Of a stretch of 39,189 bases of DNA, positions 1-8,913 are shown piece after piece. The notes beneath the pieces are model-generated. The model worked only from the letters and a program-made list of their open reading frames with translations, was not told the DNA's origin and made no database searches. A program made the translations under genes and the position numbers. The DNA is from an uncultured Clostridium sp. Its GTDB lineage: Bacteria; Bacillota; Clostridia; TANB77; CAG-508. The stretch lies in the NCBI GenBank assembly GCA_947571515.1, contig CANOYI010000003.1:1-39189 (forward strand). The letters run 5' to 3'. Position 1 is the stretch's first letter; every line of letters starts with the position of its first letter.

Positions 1-22
1 TTCAAGCCATTTTTCTTTTAAA

Positions 23-379
23 TGGTGGAGATGAGGAGAGTCGAACTCCTGTCCATAATATCTTCCAAATAGACTTCTACAAGTTTAGTTTATCTTTTAT
101 TTTCATTTTGTTCTCACCGACAAACAGGTTAAAACAAAATATAGCTTTTTAAAATACCCACTACTTTAAAAGCAAAAGTAGCTTTGTTTCCCACTAGTTA
201 TGACACTTTACTAAAATCTGTGGGTCGTTTCAGTAAAGCGTAGCCACAATTAGGCAGCTAATGCTAATTCTCTATTATCAGCGTTTATATTTAACTTTCG
301 CTTTTTTTAAGTGGCCAAAGCGAACATCCACTACTTGCTATCTATCCTTCTGGTAATATGTCGAAACCATTACATCCCC
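23..379 (-). ncRNA. ssrA: tmRNA (transfer-messenger RNA), tag peptide ADNRELALAA
   Basis: Minus strand starts GGGGATGTAATGGTTTCGAC and ends GGACAGGAGTTCGACTCTCCTCATCTCCACCA (tRNA-like domain). The tag ORF at 282..250 reads GCT GAT AAT AGA GAA TTA GCA TTA GCT GCC TAA after the resume motif ATAAAC. Confidence 0.97.
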
Positions 380-390
380 GTGTATGATTT

Positions 391-419
391 ATTATACTAT
401 ATTTCTTATAATTTATCAA
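391..419 (-). promoter_or_regulatory. sigmaA promoter of ssrA
   Basis: TTGATA-17 nt-TATAAT just upstream of the tmRNA 5' end. Confidence 0.75.
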
Positions 420-444
420 TATTTTCTTTTGAAAATCATATACT
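417..444 (+). promoter_or_regulatory. sigmaE/sigmaK-like (mother-cell sporulation) promoter of the M14 peptidase gene
   Basis: caATAtt...CATATACT with 15 nt between ATA and CATA, then SD AGGTG and ATG at 462. Resembles the B. subtilis sigmaE consensus ATa...cATAcanT. Confidence 0.5.
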
Positions 445-461
445 ATTTTAGGTGATTAATT

Positions 462-652
462 ATGGGTATCGTTTCTACAAATGTGTCTTACAATTCTAAT
501 GTTTTAAGACAAAATTTAAGTTCCTTATTAAGAGCTTATCCTTTTCTTAACGTTCAAACAGTTGGAAATAGTGTTTTAGGAAAGCCTATCTATGTGATTA
601 AATTAGGACGTGGTCCAAGAAAAGTATTTTACTCTGGTTCCATTCACGCCAA
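462..652 (+). CDS. M14 family gamma-D-glutamyl-meso-diaminopimelate peptidase (endopeptidase I/YqgT-like), 5' part, interrupted by a mobile element
   Basis: VGNSVLGKPIYVIKLGRGPRKVFYSGSIHA is the start of an M14 carboxypeptidase domain. The HANEW motif is cut after HA and resumes at 8914. Confidence 0.9.
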
Positions 653-719
653 GGGCTGAATATATCAGTATGACTTGTCCTATATATAGGGGAAATATTG
701 CTATTTCCCCTAAACTTAC

Positions 720-2291
720 TTATATCAATTTATCAAGGTTCACTTTAAGTTTAAATTCTAAATTCTTTCCTTCATATATAATAATTTTATCTAATACTTG
801 GGCTAAAACTTCTTTTGCTGGTTCTTCTGCTTTTATTATCTCATCAAAATATTCTAGTGCTTGTTTCACTTTTTTAACTTTATCTTTTTGTGTTTGATTT
901 TCTAAATATCTTAAAGTTTCAGTTATTTTAGTTATTTCCTTTAACTTATCTTCTATCATTTGTGAATATGTTTCTTCCACTATTTCTTCTTCCTCTGCTG
1001 TTTTAACTTTGGTCATTTCCTTTACTTTCTGCATTTGCATTTGTCTATATTCTTGCTTTATTCTCTCTAGTTTTATCTTTAACTTTTCTTGATTACTCTG
1101 TGATTTCTTTTTAACTTTATCTAAATTCATACCTTTTAGAAAATCCTTATATTCTGTTCTTACTGCTTTCAAAAATATTTTAAAATTTTCTAATATGTAT
1201 TGTTCTTCTACTGTATGATAGGTACACCTTAATTTCCTATATTTACTATAATTCAAACATTCATAATATTTTTTTCCATATCTCATATAACCAGTCGCTG
1301 ACGCTCCACAATCCCCACACCTCACAAATCCACCAAATATATAATAGTGTTTTCCTTTCTTATAAAGACTTGTACTTTCTGCTCTTTGTTTCAATATTTC
1401 TTGTACCTTATTAAACTGCTCCTCTGTTATTATTGCTTCGTGGTGGTCTTTAAATTTATGACGTTCTTCTTCTGGTATTATTTTTACTTTTTTTCCATGT
1501 ATCCCTATAACCTCTTTTTTATGTGTTACTAATGTTCCTATATATGTTTTATCTCTTAAAATCTTACTAATCATATCTGTTTCCCAATATTCTCTTACTT
1601 TTCTTTCTATGTTTCTTCCTCTTGCTTTCTTAAATCTTTCTGCTTCTATAATAGATGGGTTTTTAAAATCATATTCCGTATTAAGTTTTTTGGCTATTGA
1701 TGTCATTCCATAACCTTGTTCATATAAATCAAATATTGTTTGTACCGCTTCTCTGACTTCTTCATTTACTGTAAGTGTTCCACCTTTTCCTTTTATATAA
1801 CCATATCTTGGTCCTTGTATTACTGTTCCCGCTTTCATTTTATTACCTAATGAATCTCTTACTTTTCTTGATGTTTCTTTTACATACCTTTCATTGTACC
1901 AAGTTTCAATACCTACTATATCGTCATCGTCTGTTAATAAATTAAATGTACATCCTCTTTGTTTAATTAGTATCAATTCTACTTCTTCCGTTTTCCATTT
2001 ATTTATAATCATTTGTGCAATTCCATTATTCCTTGAAAGTCTTGATAAATCTTTCATTAGTACAATTGGTTTTTCTTTACTTTCATTTACTAAATTATAT
2101 AATTCATTAAATGCTGGTCTATCTTCTATTGGAATATAACCCGATACATTATCGTCTTCAAATGTTCTTTCAATTTCCCACCCTTGCTCTTCTGCATACT
2201 CTTTGGCAATATCATTTTGTGTTTTAATGCTTCCATAATTCTTTTTATCTTCATCTTTACTTATTCTTGAATAATTATATACTTTCTTCAT
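720..2291 (-). CDS. Large serine recombinase (resolvase + recombinase + zinc ribbon + coiled coil; SpoIVCA/CisA-like)
   Basis: N-terminal YSRIS catalytic motif, DDNVSG, RPAFNEL, KDLSRLSR, TYIG, HHEAII, CGDCG...YYEC...C zinc ribbon; 523 aa. Confidence 0.95.
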   Translation of the reverse strand: MKKVYNYSRISKDEDKKNYGSIKTQNDIAKEYAEEQGWEIERTFEDDNVSGYIPIEDRPAFNELYNLVNESKEKPIVLMKDLSRLSRNNGIAQMIINKWKTEEVELILIKQRGCTFNLLTDDDDIVGIETWYNERYVKETSRKVRDSLGNKMKAGTVIQGPRYGYIKGKGGTLTVNEEVREAVQTIFDLYEQGYGMTSIAKKLNTEYDFKNPSIIEAERFKKARGRNIERKVREYWETDMISKILRDKTYIGTLVTHKKEVIGIHGKKVKIIPEEERHKFKDHHEAIITEEQFNKVQEILKQRAESTSLYKKGKHYYIFGGFVRCGDCGASATGYMRYGKKYYECLNYSKYRKLRCTYHTVEEQYILENFKIFLKAVRTEYKDFLKGMNLDKVKKKSQSNQEKLKIKLERIKQEYRQMQMQKVKEMTKVKTAEEEEIVEETYSQMIEDKLKEITKITETLRYLENQTQKDKVKKVKQALEYFDEIIKAEEPAKEVLAQVLDKIIIYEGKNLEFKLKVNLDKLI

Positions 2292-2319
2292 ATAATCCTA
2301 CCTCTCTTATTTAGTTTGC

Positions 2320-2345
2320 TAGTGCATATATTGCTATATGCACTA
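2320..2345. repeat. Perfect 11-bp stem hairpin between the small ORF and the LSR gene
   Basis: TAGTGCATATA-TTGC-TATATGCACTA. Confidence 0.7.
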
Positions 2346-2353
2346 ACTTGTTA

Positions 2354-2557
2354 CTAACTATTAACTGCTACTAACTGTAACATTGCTTTTAGTGATGTCA
2401 TTATTTCATTTTGTCCTCCAACAAAAACCACCACTCTATTTTTTCCATTTCTTAACCCTTTTATTTCTTCTTTTATATCTTTTGCTTCTGCTTCTTCTGC
2501 TCCAAGAAATACTTGGGTTACTCTATCTTTACCTATTACAACATTATTAACTTTCAC
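2354..2557 (-). CDS. Small hypothetical protein upstream of the LSR (candidate recombination directionality factor)
   Basis: 67-aa ORF, GTG start with SD GAGGTG, co-oriented with the LSR gene. Function is inferred from position only. Confidence 0.65.
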   Translation of the reverse strand: MKVNNVVIGKDRVTQVFLGAEEAEAKDIKEEIKGLRNGKNRVVVFVGGQNEIMTSLKAMLQLVAVNS

Positions 2558-2575
2558 TTGCTAACACCTCATTAA

Positions 2576-2603
2576 ATCTTATGTTGTAAGTCTCTCAATA
2601 TGC
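2576..2603 (-). promoter_or_regulatory. sigmaE-like promoter driving the small ORF and LSR
   Basis: Minus strand GCATATT-13 nt-CATAAGAT directly upstream of SD GAGGTG; close to the sigmaE consensus. Confidence 0.6.
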
Positions 2604-2648
2604 TTCAATGCACAAAAAAAGACTTCTGCCAAAGTGGGAAAATCCCAC

Positions 2649-2677
2649 TTGACAATAAAGTCCAAAACAATTATAAT
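2649..2677 (+). promoter_or_regulatory. Consensus sigmaA promoter with no downstream ORF
   Basis: TTGACA-17 nt-TATAAT. Confidence 0.6.
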
Positions 2678-2728
2678 TATATTGGTCGTATAATTAAGTG
2701 TTTAGACTTGATTATATTAAATTTTGAT

Positions 2729-2768
2729 ATGAAAATCGGTTGCTCCAACAACTGATTTTCATTTTTTT
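2729..2768 (+). terminator. Intrinsic terminator-like hairpin with T-tail on the + strand (also sits just after the hsdS-like stop)
   Basis: ATGAAAATCGGTTG-ctccaa-CAACTGATTTTCAT followed by a T run. Confidence 0.6.
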
Positions 2769-2772
2769 ACTT

Positions 2773-3393
2773 TCATAGGGCATTACCTCCTCTCACCATT
2801 TCTTCAATGCTATTTTGTACTTGATTTAATTGTTTAACTGCATTGGTATATCTATTGATAATTTCTTCTTGCTCTTCTAAACTTATTATTGGAATAGATA
2901 ATTGTTCTAACATTGCTACTGTAATTCTTGCTTGCCTTGTATTTTTTGTGCATAGTTTTAAAATCCTATTCCTAATGCTACTTGAATTTAATATTGTGTA
3001 TAAATATTTTGGTATAACTTTATCGCTTGTTACTCTTATTATTAAATTGCTATCATTGTATACACAATCTTCCGCTTGTATATCTTCCATAAAAATTATG
3101 TCCAACTGGTCTTTACCTGGGAATACTGGTATCACTATGTCACCATTTTGTATGCTATAATCCTTATATTTCTTGCTTAAATCTTGTTTAATGCACATTA
3201 TATGTTCTAGCTTCTTTATATCTTTTTCTACTGCTAATGCTTTAATTATTTTATGTCCTAGAAATCCTACTTTCCCTTTACTTTCAATTATATCTGCTTT
3301 TTCTTGTGCTTTAAATATTGAAAAATTCACTTTTTTATCAACTTGCAATCCTTTCATTGTTACACCTAATTCATTTATTTTACTATAATCCAT
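2773..3393 (-). CDS. Type I restriction-modification specificity (HsdS)-like protein, half length (single TRD)
   Basis: IQNGDIVI, VIPKYLYTILNS, LEQLSIPIISLEEQEEII followed by a coiled coil, typical of the Methylase_S domain; 206 aa. Confidence 0.75.
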   Translation of the reverse strand: MDYSKINELGVTMKGLQVDKKVNFSIFKAQEKADIIESKGKVGFLGHKIIKALAVEKDIKKLEHIMCIKQDLSKKYKDYSIQNGDIVIPVFPGKDQLDIIFMEDIQAEDCVYNDSNLIIRVTSDKVIPKYLYTILNSSSIRNRILKLCTKNTRQARITVAMLEQLSIPIISLEEQEEIINRYTNAVKQLNQVQNSIEEMVRGGNAL

Positions 3394-3405
3394 AATCTAT
3401 TCCTC

Positions 3406-3464
3406 CAAGTTAAGTGTATTTTTAACTTAAATGTATTATACACTTAACTTGTTTGGTTTGTCAA
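3406..3464 (-). promoter_or_regulatory. sigmaA promoter overlapped by a perfect 14-bp inverted repeat (putative operator)
   Basis: CAAGTTAAGTGTAT (3406-3419) / ATACACTTAACTTG (3438-3451); minus-strand TTGACA-18-TATAAT. Confidence 0.55.
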
Positions 3465-3504
3465 TAACCTCCTTAAAATTTTTTAAATATTTTTACTAAA
3501 TATA

Positions 3505-3528
3505 AAAAGGTGGAAAATTCCACCTTTG
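3505..3528 (-). terminator. Terminator after the resolvase gene
   Basis: AAAGGTGGAA-AA-TTCCACCTTT hairpin with a T-run on the minus strand. Confidence 0.6.
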
Positions 3529-3547
3529 ATTATATACCAATATTTAC

Positions 3548-4165
3548 TTATACTGTTGTTTCAACTTGTTTTGCTAACTTATAAAATGTATTTCTTTTCA
3601 TATTTGCATTTGCCATTGCTTGGGTGGCTGTTTGCTTACCATTTTTCCATTTGCTATATTCTGTCATAAATGCTTCTGTTATTTCTGCCTTTGGTCTACC
3701 TAAATGCTTATTTTGTGCTTTCGCTATGGCTATTCCCTCGGCTTGCCTTTTCTTTATATTATTTCTTTCATTTTCTGCATTATAAGATAAAATCTGCAAT
3801 ACTAAATCTGCTACAAATGTTCCTAATAAATCTTTGTGTAATCTAGTATCAAGTAATTCCATATCTAACACTTTAATATCTGCCTTGCATTCTGTTGTTA
3901 ATTCTTGCCATTCTTTTTTTATTTCTATATAATTTCTGCCTAATCTATCAATTGAATGTATAACCAATATACTATTTGGGCTATCTTTTAACATTCTTTT
4001 TAGTGTTTGATATTCTACTCTATTAAAATCTTTTCCGCTCTGCTTATCTAAAAATATTCTTTCTTTTGGAATTCCAAAATCTAACATTGATTGTAATTGT
4101 CTGCTTTCATTTTGGTCTTTACTACTCACACGAATATAACCATAAATTTTTTGTTTATTTTCCAT
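3548..4165 (-). CDS. Small serine resolvase/invertase with C-terminal HTH
   Basis: YGYIRVSSKDQNESRQ, DKQSGKDFNR, SIDRLGRN, RQAEGIAIAK...LGRP. Start taken as MENKQK after a G-rich SD. Confidence 0.92.
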   Translation of the reverse strand: MENKQKIYGYIRVSSKDQNESRQLQSMLDFGIPKERIFLDKQSGKDFNRVEYQTLKRMLKDSPNSILVIHSIDRLGRNYIEIKKEWQELTTECKADIKVLDMELLDTRLHKDLLGTFVADLVLQILSYNAENERNNIKKRQAEGIAIAKAQNKHLGRPKAEITEAFMTEYSKWKNGKQTATQAMANANMKRNTFYKLAKQVETTV

Positions 4166-4186
4166 AATACCCACCCCTTGGTCAGC

Positions 4187-4311
4187 TATTATAAATGCTT
4201 TGTTTGTAAAAGTCAAGGCTATTTTATAAACATTTGTAAATCATTTTATCAACCTTTACAAACACGCTATTTACTATATTTTTAATGTTTATAAAGGTAT
4301 ACCTTTACAAA
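4187..4311. promoter_or_regulatory. Putative res site
   Basis: Repeated TTATAAA/TTGTAAA/TTTACAA half-sites and the palindrome TTTATAAAGG-TATA-CCTTTACAAA (4288-4311) upstream of the resolvase. Confidence 0.5.
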
Positions 4312-4399
4312 TAATAAGTTTAAACTAATATGTAATACAAAGAAACCCCTTTCTCATAGAGATAGGGGAAAAGAAAATATATTTACTTTTTAAGACAAA

Positions 4400-4741
4400 T
4401 TATTCTTCCATTTTCAAGAAATAGATGTCTTCAGGGTCAACCGGCATAAGGGTAAAGGAAATGTCAGATGCTGAAATCAAGATAATATGTTTCCAGTCTG
4501 TTGCCATTGCACAAACATCAATCACAACTCTTGTTTCTGGATAATCATCAGTTGCTTCCCATCTCAACTCTATAGTTCCTTGTTTTCTACCTTCCTTGCA
4601 AGAAACTCCATCGCTATGCTGCAATTTTTCAACTGCACTGTGATGTAAGTAAATCCATGCATTTGCCGTCCGCTCTTTCATTTCTGCTAATACGTCCAAT
4701 GGGCATTTGTCCTTTGGTACAATTATTACTTCTTTTTTCAT
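4400..4741 (-). CDS. Hypothetical protein
   Basis: 113-aa ORF with SD AAGGAGG; contains one in-frame CGG (4670-4672). Confidence 0.6.
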   Translation of the reverse strand: MKKEVIIVPKDKCPLDVLAEMKERTANAWIYLHHSAVEKLQHSDGVSCKEGRKQGTIELRWEATDDYPETRVVIDVCAMATDWKHIILISASDISFTLMPVDPEDIYFLKMEE

Positions 4742-4975
4742 AGTGAATCCTCCTTAAATTGATTATAATAGTAAATAGTACCTATAACTATGTGATATTA
4801 CTCACATTTAAATAAATTATACAACATTTTACATAAAATTGCAAATTTTGTATTTTCAAAAATATGGGCTATGGTAATTATATGCTTATATTGCTAAAAG
4901 TGTCTTAAAATTGAATGTCGTTATAATCTCACACTAATAAAACAATAATTAAAGTAGGGGCTAGGGTTGCTCCTA

Positions 4976-5356
4976 CTAATTTTCTATATTTTTAATTTTT
5001 ATATCTGTATCAAGTATTCTTGAAATTAAATAACCATAATAAAACATTTTTTCACATTCTAATGCACTCATCTGCATTTCGATTTCCCAATACTTTTCAA
5101 ATAATGTTTGTTGTGCTTCTGTAAATGACTTTTCTAATATATCAGAAACTTCTATGCTTTTTGTTCTTATGGTTTCATATTCTTTGTTTGTTCTACAAAA
5201 ATCTTCTTCAAACATTTCATATATATTTTGTAACATTGTTATTTTATTAAAATATAGTTCAACATCTTTTATAGTATTGGTTTCAAATATATTATCGAAA
5301 TGTTGTAATAAATTTTGTATCTTTTCTTTTCGTTCTTCAATGCTTTTATTTTCCAT
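4976..5356 (-). CDS. Hypothetical protein
   Basis: 126-aa helical ORF with SD GGGGGTG. Confidence 0.65.
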   Translation of the reverse strand: MENKSIEERKEKIQNLLQHFDNIFETNTIKDVELYFNKITMLQNIYEMFEEDFCRTNKEYETIRTKSIEVSDILEKSFTEAQQTLFEKYWEIEMQMSALECEKMFYYGYLISRILDTDIKIKNIEN

Positions 5357-5641
5357 TTATAACTAACACCCCCTTGCTTTCAAAAATGGCTTGCAAGTCT
5401 TGATAATGTTAGTATATAGGCTATTTTGCTTGATTGCAACTCCCAAATTTAAAATTTTATGCTGATATTTTTAATCATAAAATTCTTATAAGTTTAAAAA
5501 TATAACAAGGGTTTTTATATTGATTTTATATTTTTGCTATTACTCTTTTATTGCTTGTAATATAAAAATGTCTTAAATTAAATCCTCGTTGCAACCTCTT
5601 ATTGCTAATTTGTTATTTGTATTAGATATTTTCAAAATACA

Positions 5642-6178
5642 TTAAATTTTGCTGGTTAGTGTGAAATTTCTTCGCTTATCTCTTAACAATTGACAATTCT
5701 CAACTTTATTGTTTTTACTACCTCTTACACTTATGTAATACTTGTATGGTCTAAAAGTATATTTTAATAAAGTATCACAATCAACTTTTTCTATTTCTGT
5801 ATCAATAAATGGGTCAATTGGTTTACCATTTTCTTTAAATGCTTGTACTACATAATTGGTATCTCGTTTTGGTGTATATATTTTGCCTAATATCTTTTTT
5901 GGCTTTAATAAAGTGTAATACATTACTTGGGCTTTAACTTGTAATAATCTTGCTATCTTTAATGCTACTCGTTGATTGCCAATAACTGCAATCTTATTTG
6001 TACCTTTAACTATGAAAAATACAAGTTTCAACTCATCTGCTAACACAATAAATTTATTGAAAAGTCCGTAATTTAGGTCATCAAGTATCGTTATAACTGG
6101 CGATGTTTCTAACTTGGAAAAAGATACAATTTCTTCAATTGGTATTTCTTGTAACTTAATTATTTCTAACACTTTCAC
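5642..6178 (-). CDS. Hypothetical protein
   Basis: 178-aa ORF, GTG start abutting the upstream stop, SD GGAGGTG. Confidence 0.6.
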   Translation of the reverse strand: MKVLEIIKLQEIPIEEIVSFSKLETSPVITILDDLNYGLFNKFIVLADELKLVFFIVKGTNKIAVIGNQRVALKIARLLQVKAQVMYYTLLKPKKILGKIYTPKRDTNYVVQAFKENGKPIDPFIDTEIEKVDCDTLLKYTFRPYKYYISVRGSKNNKVENCQLLRDKRRNFTLTSKI

Positions 6179-6433
6179 TTAATACACCTCCATATCTAAA
6201 AAATCTGTGCAAATGTTACTTAATGTCATATAACTTATATTAACTAAATTATAAATGTAACTTGCTGTTGCTAGGTCAACTGATATTTCTTGTAAACGAA
6301 TTAAAATATCATCAATTGTTTCTTTCTCTAATTGTAATAAGTCTGCTATGTCTAGTCTATCATTATTTTGTAACCCCTCTGTTAAAATCTTTCTGCTTGC
6401 TGATGTTTTACTAATCTGTTTTCTGCTTACCAT
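6179..6433 (-). CDS. Hypothetical protein
   Basis: 84-aa ORF, SD GGAGGAGGTG, overlaps the upstream gene. Confidence 0.6.
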   Translation of the reverse strand: MVSRKQISKTSASRKILTEGLQNNDRLDIADLLQLEKETIDDILIRLQEISVDLATASYIYNLVNISYMTLSNICTDFLDMEVY

Positions 6434-6656
6434 TTTTCTGCACCTCCTCCGTATTTAATTTGAATATTGTATATGCCTTGTTTAGTAAAGTGGTTGATTT
6501 TAATAGTAAGGTGATTATATAGTCTAAATCTGCACAAGATAAATCTGTTGTGAATTCTGCTAATGTTTCTAGTTGTCTTATGATTTTGCTATTTTCATAA
6601 ATACTTGTTTTTAATGATGTATCTTGTAAGTCTTGTCTAATCTCAATTAAGTGCAT
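6411..6656 (-). CDS. Hypothetical protein
   Basis: 81-aa ORF with SD AGGGGTGG. Confidence 0.55.
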   Translation of the reverse strand: MHLIEIRQDLQDTSLKTSIYENSKIIRQLETLAEFTTDLSCADLDYIITLLLKSTTLLNKAYTIFKLNTEEVQKNGKQKTD

Positions 6657-6768
6657 ATAACCACCCCTAACATAAATTTGAAAGTTCTAATCTGGAAAAA
6701 TTAGAATTTGTGCATTGTACTTTTTTAGTACCTGCTCATTAATATTTTACATTTTCTTTTTAGAAATT

Positions 6769-8622
6769 CTAAAATTCTATATGTCTATCTCTTGGTCTAT
6801 ATTCTGCTTTTGTTTCTTTCTCTGGTTCTGATGGTGGTGCTAATTCTTTATCTGTAATATCAAAATATTTTGCTTGTGCATTTTCTTGTATCAATGTATA
6901 TAAACTTTCTAAACTATCAAATTCACAACTATTGTCCAATGTAACTGGGTTTATTCCTAACTCGCTTAACATTTTTATATAGTTATCTACTGTTGCACTG
7001 CTCCAAGTTTTATGATTACAATGCTTTGTATTATTTACAATTTCTTTATTATCTTTTGCAATTACATTTGCTACACCATACTTTTTTACTGCTTTCAAAA
7101 ATAGTATTAGTTTGGTTTTCCAATTCTCTGTATGTGCTGATTTTTTCAGTATTTTTAATTCTTCTTTTAAGTTATATTTTGAGTTTCCTGATACTTTTAA
7201 TAAATTTATTCCTAATGCTTCTAGTTCTTTAATATATGCTTCAACCGTTGCTACACACCACATTTGATGTTCATTCTCTTTCTTGCTAGTGGTTACACCA
7301 CTTATGCCATATCTATTAACAAATCTTATAAATTCTTTTAAATGTTTCTTTTCACAATTTGTATTTTCTTCCGCTTCTTCAATCATTTTCTCTGCAATCC
7401 TTAATTTATAATATTTACCCTCATATAGAAAATCTTTTAAGAATTCAAAATAGTGTTTATTCATACTCTCTTGATTCCAATATGCACATAAATCCCTATT
7501 TAATAATAATTTATCATTTAAATCCATTTCTACTAATTTACATATTTTCTGCTCCTCTTGTTCTAATAAACCCTCAATCATTAGGTCTATTGTTATTTCT
7601 TGTTCTGCTATTTCTTCATTCATTAGCTTTATTATTGTTGCTTGCTCTCTTTCATACTCTCCTATATCCTCAATCATTAGTTCTATTGTCATTTCTTGAC
7701 GCTCTAAATCTTCTATATCTATATTTAATAAATCCCTTGGGTACTTATTATTTAAGTTTTCGTAAATTGACATATGTGATTTTCTTTCTAATTCTCTATT
7801 TAACTTGCATTTTCTCGCCTTTAATTTGTGTACTTTATTTAATTCTTTTAATAATTTATCTACCTCTTTCTGTGTTTGGCTTCTATTATCATATTTATTG
7901 ATAATTTTAATACTTTCACTTTGTATTAACTTTTTAGTATTTTGCACCTCAATCCTAAAAACATTTTTGTAAAATTTATAATAGGGTGGGTGCTTCTCTT
8001 GGTATTCTGCTAAACTTATTTCATTCTTTTGATGTTCCTCTTTGTATCTTTCAAAATATTTAATTCTTTCACATTGATATTTGTCATATATATTTATTTT
8101 CTTCTGTCCGTTTTTAGATGTTAAATAAATCGATGTTTCGTATTCATTTATTCTACTTATGTATTGATAACTACTTCTATGCTTATCTAATTGATGTAAA
8201 TATTCATACATAACTTTGTAATCCATTTCTAAATCTATGCAATAATCAATACGATGTAATTTTAATCTAAAATAATCTATATTCAATGCTTCTGCTACCG
8301 CTTGTTTTACTTTTTCAATATAAGTATCTCTATCACTTAGTAAGATGTCTGTTTTTTGTAAAACTCTATGTGCATTTGCAATTAAAACTATGCAATGGAA
8401 ATCCTTATAATACTGAAAAAGAATATTGTTATATTCAAATTCTATTCCTTGGCTTATTAAGTTTGGGTCATTTACATTTGTTGCTTTTCCATATTTTCTA
8501 TAATAATTACCATAGGCATCTTTTCTATATTGAAACATTTTATATACAATTCCTAAATCTACCACTCTTGATAAATCCAATTTACCAATTCCATATACTA
8601 TAAAATTTATACTATCTATCAT
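6769..8622 (-). CDS. Putative replication initiator (Rep_trans/phage CRI-like N-terminal domain) with coiled coil and duplicated C-terminal module
   Basis: MIDSI..., KLHRIDYCIDL, KINIYDK, FRIEVQ motifs resemble rolling-circle Rep_trans-type initiators; 617 aa. Confidence 0.55.
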   Translation of the reverse strand: MIDSINFIVYGIGKLDLSRVVDLGIVYKMFQYRKDAYGNYYRKYGKATNVNDPNLISQGIEFEYNNILFQYYKDFHCIVLIANAHRVLQKTDILLSDRDTYIEKVKQAVAEALNIDYFRLKLHRIDYCIDLEMDYKVMYEYLHQLDKHRSSYQYISRINEYETSIYLTSKNGQKKINIYDKYQCERIKYFERYKEEHQKNEISLAEYQEKHPPYYKFYKNVFRIEVQNTKKLIQSESIKIINKYDNRSQTQKEVDKLLKELNKVHKLKARKCKLNRELERKSHMSIYENLNNKYPRDLLNIDIEDLERQEMTIELMIEDIGEYEREQATIIKLMNEEIAEQEITIDLMIEGLLEQEEQKICKLVEMDLNDKLLLNRDLCAYWNQESMNKHYFEFLKDFLYEGKYYKLRIAEKMIEEAEENTNCEKKHLKEFIRFVNRYGISGVTTSKKENEHQMWCVATVEAYIKELEALGINLLKVSGNSKYNLKEELKILKKSAHTENWKTKLILFLKAVKKYGVANVIAKDNKEIVNNTKHCNHKTWSSATVDNYIKMLSELGINPVTLDNSCEFDSLESLYTLIQENAQAKYFDITDKELAPPSEPEKETKAEYRPRDRHIEF

Positions 8623-8913
8623 TTTAAATCCCCCTAAAATTTTTAAAACCTAAAATCCATAAAAGTATTGATATATTGGTATTTACGAGTTATATCTATA
8701 TATAATTTTTTAAATAAATATATATATATAATTTATCTGCTCCATATTCTTTTGTTACTTCTATAAAAATAAATCCTATTGACTTATGGCTTCTGCTAGT
8801 GTTAAAATTACAAAAAAATAAAACTTGCTTCTATTTTAACAAGTTCTACTTAATTTATTTCTTTCTTACTCTCCCTTGTGTTTTAAGTATAGTGTAACTG
8901 ATATATACATACA

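Noticed and set aside
650-652. 3-bp CAA core (650-652 / 8912-8914) as the crossover
   Set aside because: It would give GCC AAA TGA (stop) and break the 7-nt symmetry of the IR; the AA core fits both criteria
23-720. Element integrated into tmRNA, a common hotspot
   Set aside because: ssrA is intact, no duplicated 3' end is seen, and the junctions map inside the neighbouring peptidase gene
610-897. Short + strand ORFs antisense to real genes (610..897, 7359..7901, 17131..17490, 23826..24374, 31117..31446 and others)
   Set aside because: Shadow ORFs of AT-rich minus-strand genes, with no SD or recognisable motifs
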